From assembly GCA_039798785.1 (NCBI GenBank), contig JBDKFG010000090.1:1-15099 (forward strand): a DNA stretch of 15,099 nt. Direction: 5' to 3'. Both the position numbers and the translations under genes were made by a program. The DNA is from Verrucomicrobiota bacterium. GTDB taxonomy: Bacteria; Verrucomicrobiota; Lentisphaeria; Lentisphaerales; Lentisphaeraceae. Of this stretch, positions 7,515 to 15,099 are shown piece after piece (within the stretch, counting starts at the first letter, position 1; every line of letters begins with the position of its first letter). The notes beneath the pieces are model-generated. The model was not told the origin of the DNA. It did no database searches and was given only the letters and a program-made list of their open reading frames with translations.

Positions 7515-7554
7515 TGGATTCGGAAGCTGAGCCCAAGCTCAGCTTCGGAATCCA
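7515..7554. repeat. 18-bp-arm hairpin (one mismatch)
   Basis: TGGATTCGGAAGCTGAGC-ccaa-GCTCAGCTTCGGAATCCA. Confidence 0.85.
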
Positions 7555-7606
7555 AGTTGAATGCATCTCAGTCCAAGGTCAATTCGGTATGATACGCGTC
7601 GAAATC

Positions 7607-7635
7607 TTGCATCACGTCACCATTTCGTGTATACT
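7607..7635 (+). promoter_or_regulatory. Putative sigma70 promoter of the HDOD gene
   Basis: TTGCAT (7607-7612), 17 bp spacer, TATACT (7630-7635). GGAG RBS at 7652-7655 follows. Confidence 0.65.
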
Positions 7636-7660
7636 TAAGACCAGTAGCCACGGAGCGGCG

Positions 7661-8596
7661 ATGCAGACTTCGATCGAACTGCCTGATGAAAAATGGTGGC
7701 TAGCACCCCAGCCCGAGAGGCCGCCCATGCCTTGTCTCGAGGGCCTGCGGAAGTTGCAAGTCCTTGAAGCGCTTCGCCGTGATGTCGATGCCGGCAAGAT
7801 GGAGATCGTCGAAATCCCGACCCAGGTCGCCCAGGTGATCAACCTCCTCAATACGCCGGACTGGAACTACGCCCAGGTGATCCGCCTGGTCGAGCAGTCG
7901 CCGGGGATGATCGGCGACTTCCTGGCGCTGGCGAACTCCGCCGCCTTCTCGCGCGGTGCCAAGGCCAGTGATCTGCGGGTCGCCATGCCGCGGCTCGGCA
8001 AGGATGCGATCAAGGCCATTCTCTTCATCAATCTCGGCAAGATGTTCACGCCCAAGGATCCCCTCTTGCGCAAGGTGGCCCAGGACGTGATTGAGCATTC
8101 GATGGCTGTGGGGCGCGTCGCCAGCTTCCTCAGCACCCGCGTCAAGGTCGACCCCAACGCCGCCTTTCTCGCCGGCGTCCTGCACGACATCGGCAAGCTT
8201 GCCTTGCTCAAGCATGTCGCGGCCCATCACGTCCTGCCGGAGGCTGCGGGGCTCAACGCGGATGAAAGCCTCTTCGCCGAGATCTTCGCCGAGATCCACG
8301 AAGAGGCGGGCAAGATCGTCTGCGAACGATGGGGCTTGGAACCCGACATCCAGGCGGCGATCGTCCATCATCATTTCTTCAAGCAGCTGGCGCAGGGCGG
8401 CGAGTCGAAGCGCCACCTCCATCTCGCCGCCTTGGTGAACTTGGCGGACATCATCGTCCGCATCCTCGGCAAGGGGACTGCCCATCCTCCCTGCGACCTT
8501 TTCAAGACCGTTCCAGCCCGGGTCATCGGCCTGGTCTACGATGACACCACCAAGATCTTCTTCGCCAAGATTCCGGCCCTGGTCAGACAAGCCTGA
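7661..8596 (+). CDS. HDOD domain-containing protein (HD-superfamily signalling domain), stand-alone
   Basis: P..P.....V..LLN, L.LANSA.F, A..RLG, EHS.AV, AFLAGVLHDIGKL, H...G...CERW.L...I..AI.HHH. ATG 7661 is preferred over 7589 because of the promoter and RBS positions. Confidence 0.9.
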   Translation: MQTSIELPDEKWWLAPQPERPPMPCLEGLRKLQVLEALRRDVDAGKMEIVEIPTQVAQVINLLNTPDWNYAQVIRLVEQSPGMIGDFLALANSAAFSRGAKASDLRVAMPRLGKDAIKAILFINLGKMFTPKDPLLRKVAQDVIEHSMAVGRVASFLSTRVKVDPNAAFLAGVLHDIGKLALLKHVAAHHVLPEAAGLNADESLFAEIFAEIHEEAGKIVCERWGLEPDIQAAIVHHHFFKQLAQGGESKRHLHLAALVNLADIIVRILGKGTAHPPCDLFKTVPARVIGLVYDDTTKIFFAKIPALVRQA

Positions 8597-8618
8597 ATCC
8601 AAGGGCCGCCGGTGACGC

Positions 8619-9536
8619 TCAGGCCTCGGCCCATTGCTTGCGGATCAGGGCGATGGCGGCCTTGGTCGAGGCTTCGTCGCCGCCGCGGCACTCGAGACTG
8701 ACCGCGCCTTGGTAGCCGATCTGCTTCAGGGCTTTGAAGCCCTGGGTGTAGTCGTCGGCGTCACCGTCGCTGCCCGGCAAGGCGCGTTGGCGGCGCGAGG
8801 CGATGTGGACGTGATGGAGCCAGCGGGCGCCGCTGAGGATGGCTCCGTAGTCAGAGGTCTCCTCCCAGGTCATGTGCCAGAGGTCGGCCATCAAGGCGCA
8901 GCCTTCGTTGTCGACGTCGCGGCAGATGCTGGCGCCTTCGGCGACAGTGCGGACGAAATAGGTTTCGTCGCGGTTGAGGGGTTCGAGGAGGAGGCGGGTC
9001 TTGTGCTGCTTGGCGAAGTCGCCGAGCGAGTGGAGCAGGGATTTGCCTTCATCCTTGCGGTCCCAGCGGGTGAAGCCGGTGAGGAGTTTGCGTGCCTCGA
9101 TGTCGGGCAGGGCCGCCTGGCCGTGGAAGGCCGGGACGTAGATGACGCCGGCGGAGCCGATCTCGCCGGCCCCCTCGAGAAGGCGCTTCATCGAATCCTC
9201 GAACTGCTGCCGGACTTTTGCGTCCGAGGCGATCGCCCATCCTTGGAAGCCGGCGCAGACCGCCGTCACCGGCAGGCCGCTCGCCTGGGAGGCGGCGCGG
9301 ATCTCCTTGGCCTGGCCGGGCAGGCCGCCGCCGCCGATTTCGACCGCGTCGAGCCCGAGATCGCGGGCCCGGGCGAATTTCTTCATCCAGTCGCCACCGC
9401 CGAGGTGGCCGGGCTGGGCCGAGACGGTGAGGCGGGCCGTGCCCGAAGGGACGGCGGCGTTTTCGGCTTTGAGGACGGGGCTCATGAGGCCGGCGAGGCC
9501 GGCGGCTGCGACGAATTGGCGGCGGCTGAGATCCAT
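8619..9536 (-). CDS. Tat-exported sugar phosphate isomerase/epimerase (xylose isomerase-like TIM barrel)
   Basis: Twin-arginine signal MDLSRRQFVAAAGLAGL with an A-x-A-like end. Metal-binding motifs LEPLNR.ET, D.WHM, HVHIA, R..PG, SLE. AGGAG RBS at 9546-9550 supports ATG 9536. Confidence 0.88.
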   Translation of the reverse strand: MDLSRRQFVAAAGLAGLMSPVLKAENAAVPSGTARLTVSAQPGHLGGGDWMKKFARARDLGLDAVEIGGGGLPGQAKEIRAASQASGLPVTAVCAGFQGWAIASDAKVRQQFEDSMKRLLEGAGEIGSAGVIYVPAFHGQAALPDIEARKLLTGFTRWDRKDEGKSLLHSLGDFAKQHKTRLLLEPLNRDETYFVRTVAEGASICRDVDNEGCALMADLWHMTWEETSDYGAILSGARWLHHVHIASRRQRALPGSDGDADDYTQGFKALKQIGYQGAVSLECRGGDEASTKAAIALIRKQWAEA

Positions 9537-9578
9537 GGGGGGCGGCTCCTGGTTTGGAATGAGTCTGGGCGCATTGAG

Positions 9579-9599
9579 ACCCGCCGCGCCATGGCGGGT
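9579..9599 (-). terminator. Intergenic hairpin after ccsA (no U-tract)
   Basis: ACCCGCC-N7-GGCGGGT, 7 nt beyond the ccsA stop. Confidence 0.3.
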
Positions 9600-9606
9600 T
9601 CCGTGA

Positions 9607-11739
9607 TCAGGACTGGGAGCTCCGCTTCTCCCTGGCCAGTGGGGCGAGGGCCATGAGCAGGAGCTGCGAGGCGATGAAGAGGCTGAGGTAGAAGGCGCCG
9701 CTCTCGGTGAACCCGTAGGCATGCAGGCCGGCGCCGAGCAGGTTGGTGCCGAACCAGGACCAGGAGGTGACAATGTTGCCGAAGAGGGCGAGGACGGCGA
9801 GGCCGCGCAGGCGGACCATGCCAGACCAGCGGCAGTGCAGGAGGATGGCGTTGGCGATGACGATCAGCAGGGCGCCGTTCTCCTTCGGGTCCCAGCCCCA
9901 GAAGCGTCCCCAGGAGTCGTCGGCCCAGAGGCCGCCGAGCACGGTGCCGACGAGGGAGAAGAACATCGCGAAGCAGGTGACGCCGTAGATCGCGCCGGAG
10001 AAGCCCTTGTCGAGCTCGGGCGTGCGCTTCCCAGCGGGGTCGAAGAGGGCGATCAGGATCCACAGGGCGCCGATGCCGCCGGCGAAGAAGGTGGCGCCGT
10101 AGCCCTTGGTGATGCAGACGACGTGAGTGGCGAGCCAGAACTTGGTGTCGAGCACCGGCATCAGAGCTTTCATGGTCTCGCCGTCGAGCGACAGGAATTG
10201 CGCGATCAGCAAGGTCATGGCACCGGCCAGGGCGGCGACCGGGGTGGCGGCATTGGCGCGCCAGAAGTGTTCGAGGACGATGCCGGCCAAGACCACGACC
10301 CAGCCGATGAAGACTGCGGAGGAATACAGGTTGGTCACCGGCGGATAGCCGGAGATCCAGATCCGCAGGATCAAGGTGGCGGTGTGGAGGGCGAAGGTGG
10401 CCCAGAGGATCGACAGGGCGACGACCCGCAGGTGCGGTCGCCAGACCAGCCAGCCGAGGAGGGCGATGACGAGGGCGATGAAGTACCAGACGATGCACTG
10501 GATGTTGAGGGCGGCGCGGTTGATCGTCGCCTCGTGCGGGACGATGGAGGGGGCGCGGATCCAGACGTCGGCCTCCTTGCCGAGGGCCTGCTTCTCGCTG
10601 CGCAGGCGGGTGAGTTTTTCCGAGGCGGCGGCGATGTCGCCCTCTCCTTCGGCGGCGGCGCGCGCGGCGGGCAGTTCGGAGTCGATCTCGGCGAGGCGCT
10701 TGGTGATCCGCTCCTGGTGGACCTTGCAGGCGGCGGCGGCGGCCTCGAGAAGCCGCGGCAAAGCGGCATTGAAGGCGGCACCGGCGTCCTTCGTGCCGGG
10801 CAGGTCCTTGAGCATGTCGGCTAGGCGTCGGGCGCTGGCCAGGGCTTCGGTGTCGGGAGCTTTCCGGTCTTTCGCCGCCAGGGCTTTTTCCGGCAGGCCG
10901 GCGAGGAAAAGCTGGTGACGGGCGAAGTCGAGGCTGCGGAGGAGCTGGTGCTGGGTGAGCAGTTCGAACCAGGCTTCGGCGGCGGGATCGTACTTCTGCC
11001 GGCTGATGCCCTCGACCTGGGCCAGGGGGAGGAGCTGCCAGTGGCGGTCGCCTGGGAGCGGGACGATGAAGGGCGCGTCGGGATTCGACTTGAGGGCGCT
11101 GGCAGCCTCCTTGTAGGCGGCGAGGTCGATGCCTGTGGGATCGCGGACGAAGCCGAAGGCGTTGCGCAGGGTGTAGTGGATCGAGATCTTGCTCGACAGG
11201 CTCATCACCGCGTTCTGGTAGGCGTTGCGGCGCTTCGGCTTGACGGCGCTGATCTCGGGATATTCCTTTTCGATCTCCTCGAGCTTGGGCTGCAGCTCGG
11301 CGAGCGAGTAGCGGAAGTCGCCGGGGCGGGGGTCGAGGCCGAATTTGCGCAGCAGGTCGAGGTTCTGGATCTTGAAGACGCGGTGTTCGTCGGCGCAGGA
11401 GCTGCCGGAGGCGAGGTCGAGGAGCCAGAGGAGGGCGGGGCGCTTCTGGCCGTCGAAGTCGATGAAGGTCTGGCTTTCGGAGATCACGGTCAGGCCGTGG
11501 CGGGCGACGCTGTCGAGCGGCTTGACCCGTCCGAGGTGGGCGACCGGCAGGGTCGCGGCGAGATCGAGGTCCTGCGGCGTCTTCCAGGACGAGGCGAAGC
11601 TGGTCTTGCCGCTCTCGGTCTTGTATTCCACCGGCTTGAGCTTGCGGGGCGAGAAGGCGCGGGCGTAAAGCTCGGCGCCCAGCAGGCCAAGGACGGCCAG
11701 GACGCTGATGACGACAAAGAGTTTCGACGGGGTTTTCAT
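9607..11739 (-). CDS. ccsA: Cytochrome c biogenesis protein CcsA/ResC (System II) with a large N-terminal periplasmic region
   Basis: WWD motif WADDSWGRFWGWDPKEN, PPVTNLYSS, PVLDTKFWLATHV (His), GLHAYG (His), multiple TM helices, N-terminal GRVKPLDS.AR. ATGA overlap with the upstream gene at 11736-11739. Confidence 0.95.
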   Translation of the reverse strand: MKTPSKLFVVISVLAVLGLLGAELYARAFSPRKLKPVEYKTESGKTSFASSWKTPQDLDLAATLPVAHLGRVKPLDSVARHGLTVISESQTFIDFDGQKRPALLWLLDLASGSSCADEHRVFKIQNLDLLRKFGLDPRPGDFRYSLAELQPKLEEIEKEYPEISAVKPKRRNAYQNAVMSLSSKISIHYTLRNAFGFVRDPTGIDLAAYKEAASALKSNPDAPFIVPLPGDRHWQLLPLAQVEGISRQKYDPAAEAWFELLTQHQLLRSLDFARHQLFLAGLPEKALAAKDRKAPDTEALASARRLADMLKDLPGTKDAGAAFNAALPRLLEAAAAACKVHQERITKRLAEIDSELPAARAAAEGEGDIAAASEKLTRLRSEKQALGKEADVWIRAPSIVPHEATINRAALNIQCIVWYFIALVIALLGWLVWRPHLRVVALSILWATFALHTATLILRIWISGYPPVTNLYSSAVFIGWVVVLAGIVLEHFWRANAATPVAALAGAMTLLIAQFLSLDGETMKALMPVLDTKFWLATHVVCITKGYGATFFAGGIGALWILIALFDPAGKRTPELDKGFSGAIYGVTCFAMFFSLVGTVLGGLWADDSWGRFWGWDPKENGALLIVIANAILLHCRWSGMVRLRGLAVLALFGNIVTSWSWFGTNLLGAGLHAYGFTESGAFYLSLFIASQLLLMALAPLAREKRSSQS

Positions 11740-13265
11740 TCCTGGCCTCCTGGGCCGGGGCGGCGGAGATGTTTGAGCAAGAGGCTGACGAAGTGGATGA
11801 ACATGCCGAGGGCGGCGATCATGCAGGAGATGTAAGGGATCATCCAGCCGCCGTTCTTGACCACTTGCAGGATGGTGCCGTCCTCGCTGCTGAGGAAGCC
11901 GCTCTGGTAGAAGGTGCGGCCGAGGCGGCGCAGGGGGTGGTTCATCCAGATCTCGCCGTGTTCAGGGGCGCTTTCGCCGGGCATGCGGATGTCGATCATC
12001 GAGGAGTAGCTCATCTTGTCCTGGCTGCCCATGAAGCGCTCGATGTGGAAGTCGCGCAGGGCGATGCTCATCCGGCCCTCTTCGTTCTCGAGGTATTCGC
12101 GCTCGTTGCGCAGCATCAGGCGGAATTTGCGCCCGCCGCATTGCAGTTCCTGGTAGAGGTCGGGATTCTGGCGGGCGATGAAGTTGCCGTAGAAGAGGCT
12201 GCTGAATGCGTAGAGGCCGAGGGGGCTGCCGTCCTTGGCGGAGAATTTGACCAGGCAGGCCGGGGCGTTGCTGATGCTGCTGACGCCGTTGTTTTCCGGC
12301 AGGCCGACGATCAGCAGCTCCTTGCCGGCGCCGGCGTCGACGCCCGGGGTGCTGCCGCTTCTCAGGTCGGAGTTGGGGAACCACATCTGCGGCGCCAGGC
12401 GCAGGCCGAGCTCGGGCAGATCGATCTCGGACTTGCCGGCGAGCAGGGCCTGGGGGATGACGGTGCTGCGCGCCTGGCCGTCGGCGAGATCTTCGATGAT
12501 CGCCAGTTCGAAGCGGTTGCTGCGGTCGACGAAGTCGGCGCTTTCGCCTTCGCGCAGGGTCATCCGGGCCTCGACCGCGCCGAGGTGGGTGAGCAGCTCG
12601 GCGAGGAGGAGCAGCAGGACCGAGGAGTGGATCATCACCACGCCGGCCTTGGCCTTGCCGTAGAGGAGGCGCAGGGCGGCATAGACGACAGCGGCGACCA
12701 GAAGGCCCTGGGCGAGGCGGTCGAGGACCCGCCAGAAGGAGTCGTCGAGGGTGCTCTGCCGTCCGAAGACCGCCGCGACGCCGGTGAGGAGGCGGCCGAT
12801 CAGGTCCATCAGGCCGCCCTGGATCACCAGCAGGCCGAGGCCGATGGCGAGGCCGAGCACGGCGAGGCCGGCCAGCAGGCGTCCGGCGCGGGCCGTCACC
12901 TTCCAGCGCAGCAGGTGGGCGGCGAGGAGATTGAAGAAGAGCAGCAGGCCGATGCTGATGCCTCCGAGCCAGGGGATGAAGAAACGCATCAGGAAGCGCT
13001 GCGTCTCGGGCTGGCGGGCCTCGATGAAGGCATCGGGAAGGAAGGTGTGGATGTGGATCTTGGCGAACCAGCAGCGGAAGATTTCGGTGACCACGGTCTC
13101 GATGCTGCTGCCGTTGGCCCCGGCCTGGGCCAGGGTGCCGCCGAGGACCAGGAACATGCTGCTGGCCATCAGGAAGACGGTGATCCGGATCGATCCCATC
13201 AGGCGCAGCATCTGGCGGAGGGCGCCGGACTCGGGGGCTGTCTCGGGCTTGGTCGAGCCGTTCAT
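11736..13265 (-). CDS. resB: Cytochrome c biogenesis protein ResB/CcsB-like
   Basis: N-terminal S.RITV.L......LVL.GTL.Q, TM His in GVVMIH, periplasmic domain ending I.L.DF..ERF.GS....SYSS...I.MNHPLR..G.TFYQS.F...T.LQVVKN.GW.IPY. Start ATG 13265 overlaps the upstream TGA (ATGA). The 13517 start in the ORF track overlaps the upstream gene. Confidence 0.85.
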   Translation of the reverse strand: MNGSTKPETAPESGALRQMLRLMGSIRITVFLMASSMFLVLGGTLAQAGANGSSIETVVTEIFRCWFAKIHIHTFLPDAFIEARQPETQRFLMRFFIPWLGGISIGLLLFFNLLAAHLLRWKVTARAGRLLAGLAVLGLAIGLGLLVIQGGLMDLIGRLLTGVAAVFGRQSTLDDSFWRVLDRLAQGLLVAAVVYAALRLLYGKAKAGVVMIHSSVLLLLLAELLTHLGAVEARMTLREGESADFVDRSNRFELAIIEDLADGQARSTVIPQALLAGKSEIDLPELGLRLAPQMWFPNSDLRSGSTPGVDAGAGKELLIVGLPENNGVSSISNAPACLVKFSAKDGSPLGLYAFSSLFYGNFIARQNPDLYQELQCGGRKFRLMLRNEREYLENEEGRMSIALRDFHIERFMGSQDKMSYSSMIDIRMPGESAPEHGEIWMNHPLRRLGRTFYQSGFLSSEDGTILQVVKNGGWMIPYISCMIAALGMFIHFVSLLLKHLRRPGPGGQE

Positions 13266-14275
13266 TTCGCCGCCTCGAAGGCGAAGCTCTTCAGGAAGGC
13301 CTCGAAGGAGGCGATCTGGGCCTTGGCTGCCACCGGGCCGCTGAGCTTGAAGTACCAGCTCGCCCCGGCACGGTCGATCCGGGCCACCCGGATGAAGCGC
13401 TCGGTGCCGTCGAAGGCCCAGCCCTCCGCCTTGATCCCGTCGATCTCGCCGCAGGCCCAGGCGAGCTTCGCCAAGGCCGCCGCGTCCGGCTCCGGCAGGC
13501 CGACCTGGTTGGCCCACATCGCCCCCAGCTGCAATGCCGGGTTGCCCTGGGCCATGCTGCTCACCGTCAGCTCGGCCCCTTCAGGCCCGGCGAGATTGAC
13601 CAGGCGCATCGAGGTCGCCGGCTTCTGCTGCCAGAGCGGCGGCAGGACGAAGCGGAAGCCGTGCGAGCCGGGGGCGGGAGCTGCCCCCGCCGGGGCTTCG
13701 GCCTCGGGCTTCCTCAGGCTCACCATCAGGACCTGGCGCTTGCCCAGCTTCATCTCGGTCACCGCCGCAGCCAGCTCCTCCTCGGTCAGAGGTCCGAGGC
13801 CGAGCTGGCCGGCCCAGCGGTCCAGGTTGGCCTGGAGATCGTTGCCCGGCGGCATCCGGGTGAGCGAGATGTCGAGATTCGTCCCTTCGACCTTGAAGCT
13901 CCGGTAGCGGAAGCCTTCTCCGGGGAGCTCGCTCCAGCCTTTCGGCAGCGACCACACCGCCTCCTGACCCTTGAAGTCGATGCTGCCGAGCAGGCTCACC
14001 AGACCCTCGCCGATGGCGCCGGTCTCGCTGCGCGCCCCGGCCACCTTGAGGAACCACATCGCCTCGCTTTCGCGGAAGATGGCCCCGACGATGCTGTCGG
14101 TGCCCTGCGGCAGCGCTGCCATCTTGCCGCCGCCCATCATCGGCGGCAGCTTGGCCGGGCCGCTCTGGCGCGGCGCCACGGCCGCGGCCGATTCGGTGTA
14201 GGTCTTGACTTGCGGCTGCTCGCAAGAGCTGATCAGCGCCAGCAAAAATGCCGGACGAAGCGGAATTCTCGTCAT
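13262..14275 (-). CDS. Putative lipoprotein with internally duplicated domain, first gene of the ccs operon
   Basis: Signal peptide and lipobox-like LLALISS-C. Repeated motifs WFLKVAG/WYFKLSG, LPKGW/LPPLW, RWAGQLGL/MWANQVGL. GAGGA RBS upstream. Confidence 0.8.
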   Translation of the reverse strand: MTRIPLRPAFLLALISSCEQPQVKTYTESAAAVAPRQSGPAKLPPMMGGGKMAALPQGTDSIVGAIFRESEAMWFLKVAGARSETGAIGEGLVSLLGSIDFKGQEAVWSLPKGWSELPGEGFRYRSFKVEGTNLDISLTRMPPGNDLQANLDRWAGQLGLGPLTEEELAAAVTEMKLGKRQVLMVSLRKPEAEAPAGAAPAPGSHGFRFVLPPLWQQKPATSMRLVNLAGPEGAELTVSSMAQGNPALQLGAMWANQVGLPEPDAAALAKLAWACGEIDGIKAEGWAFDGTERFIRVARIDRAGASWYFKLSGPVAAKAQIASFEAFLKSFAFEAAK

Positions 14276-14328
14276 GATTCGTGTCCTCGGGTTTTGACTT
14301 TTGACTTAGATCCTGCAAAGATAGTTCC

Positions 14329-14526
14329 ATGAAACCCAATCAGCATCCGCAAAAAACGCATTCCGGCGCGCAAAGTCCCCGCACCGGCGCCGGCCTCGGC
14401 CTGCACGGTGTCATCAACCGTCGCGGCGGACGCCATGCCGCACCACGCTCCGATTTCGTCAACGACTTCCTCTTCCTCTGCGGCCTTTTCATACTCCTCG
14501 CCTGGCTGGCGCAGTGGATGAGGTGA
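14329..14526 (+). CDS. Possible small membrane protein
   Basis: 65-aa ORF divergent from the ccs operon with a C-terminal hydrophobic helix (FLFLCGLFILLAWLAQW). No clear RBS. Start uncertain. Confidence 0.35.
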   Translation: MKPNQHPQKTHSGAQSPRTGAGLGLHGVINRRGGRHAAPRSDFVNDFLFLCGLFILLAWLAQWMR

Positions 14527-14594
14527 ATCGAGTAGAGGGGTGCCTTGCGGTCCCCTCTCTCACCACCGGACGCGCTCATCGCATCCGGCGGTTC
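14527..14594 (-). ncRNA. Group II intron ribozyme domains V and VI
   Basis: D5 ACCGCCGGA-TGC-GATGA-GCG-CG-TCCGGTGGT (14592-14562) with CGC triad and CG bulge. D6 GAG-AGAGGGG..CC-GCAA-GG..CCCCTCT-A-CTC with a bulged A (14533), the 7th nt from the 3' end ...CGAT (14527). Confidence 0.9.
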
Positions 14595-14963
14595 CTAGGG
14601 TTTCGAGCGGGAAGAGTAGTATTTCAGCGGGTCGATCAGCTCTTGTTTTTCGATCCACCGTCAAGGTGCCGCGGCGTTCCAGTTCCTTGTCGAGCGCGTC
14701 GAGCATCAGGTTTGCGAGTGGAGGGCGACAGCGGGCCGCCTTGCGGCTTCCCTCTCTTCCGTCCCGTGGCAGACGCCATTGATCATCACGCCGCTTTCGA
14801 GGAAGCTGCGGATGAGCATCAGGCCGCGCTTGTCGGCGATGCGCCGCGCCACCAGTCCCATCAGGATGTGGCTGACCCGGTCGAAGAATTTCTCCAAGTC
14901 GATGTTCACCACGACAGAGCGTCCTGCCGCGACTAAGCCGCTGGCCGCCTTGAGGGCTTGATC
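14595..14963 (-). pseudogene. ltrA: Group II intron reverse transcriptase/maturase pseudogene
   Basis: DQALKAA...VVNIDLEKFFDRVSH (RT3), frameshift, GKPQGGPLSP (RT4), frameshift, LANLMLDALDKELERRG, then no YADD. A short tail WIEKQELIDPLKYYSSRSKP-TAG abuts D5. Confidence 0.9.
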
Positions 14964-15099
14964 CTAAAAACCGCAGTTGAAAGGTTGCAAGGTTCAAAGC
15001 TGTTTCTTTACACCTTTCTGCGCAAGACTGTCTTCCATTAGGCAATCTCCCGGGCAGCGGATTTGGTGGTGGAAGATGGGGTCAGGCGCAGTGATGGCG

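Larger units (their letters stand above)
14527..14963 (-). mobile_element. Group II intron remnant, class C (IIC)-like, 3' part
   Basis: RT fragment followed by ribozyme D5/D6 and the terminal CTACTCGAT. No 5' intron domains are recognisable in the window. Confidence 0.9.

Noticed and set aside
8619..9773. Longer N-terminal starts in the ORF track (9773, 13517, 7589, 1245)
   Set aside because: They overlap upstream genes or promoters. Downstream ATGs have an RBS, a signal peptide or ATGA coupling.
11769..13907. 712-aa plus-strand ORF and other long overlapping ORFs in 7700-14340
   Set aside because: Shadow frames of the HDOD, epimerase, ccsA, resB and lipoprotein genes.
14316..14323. Bacteroidota-type TAnnTTTG promoter (TATCTTTG on the minus strand) upstream of the ccs operon
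   Set aside because: Single short match. Other promoters here are sigma70-like and genes use Shine-Dalgarno sites, so it is likely coincidental or a plain -10 box.
14560..15045. 161-aa ORF as an intact gene, or the RT as a retron/DGR/defence RT
   Set aside because: It only captures one frame of the frameshifted RT. The adjoining D5/D6 identify a group II intron. No YADD and no template/variable repeat pair.

Overview
High-GC bacterial window. A PVC-superphylum (Planctomycetes/Verrucomicrobia/Lentisphaerae-like) origin is inferred from gene content only. In order it holds: a 5'-truncated hypothetical CDS; a KGSADH-type aldehyde dehydrogenase; an apparent two-part fusion ORF; a stand-alone IS200/IS605-family HUH (Y1) TnpA without TnpB, bracketed by a perfect 46-bp inverted repeat plus a third covarying copy (REP/REPIN-like); phosphoglucomutase; a 2-TM hypothetical protein; a structured ~470-bp intergenic region (candidate 6S-like ncRNA plus a triplicated 23-bp motif); an HDOD protein; a Tat-exported sugar-phosphate isomerase/epimerase; a translationally coupled lipoprotein-resB-ccsA System II cytochrome c biogenesis operon; and the 3' part of a decayed class C group II intron (frameshifted, internally deleted RT; D5/D6 still intact). 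The most notable items are the TnpA with its covarying double-hairpin repeats, the candidate ncRNA, the intron remnant and the uncharacterised lipoprotein heading the ccs operon.
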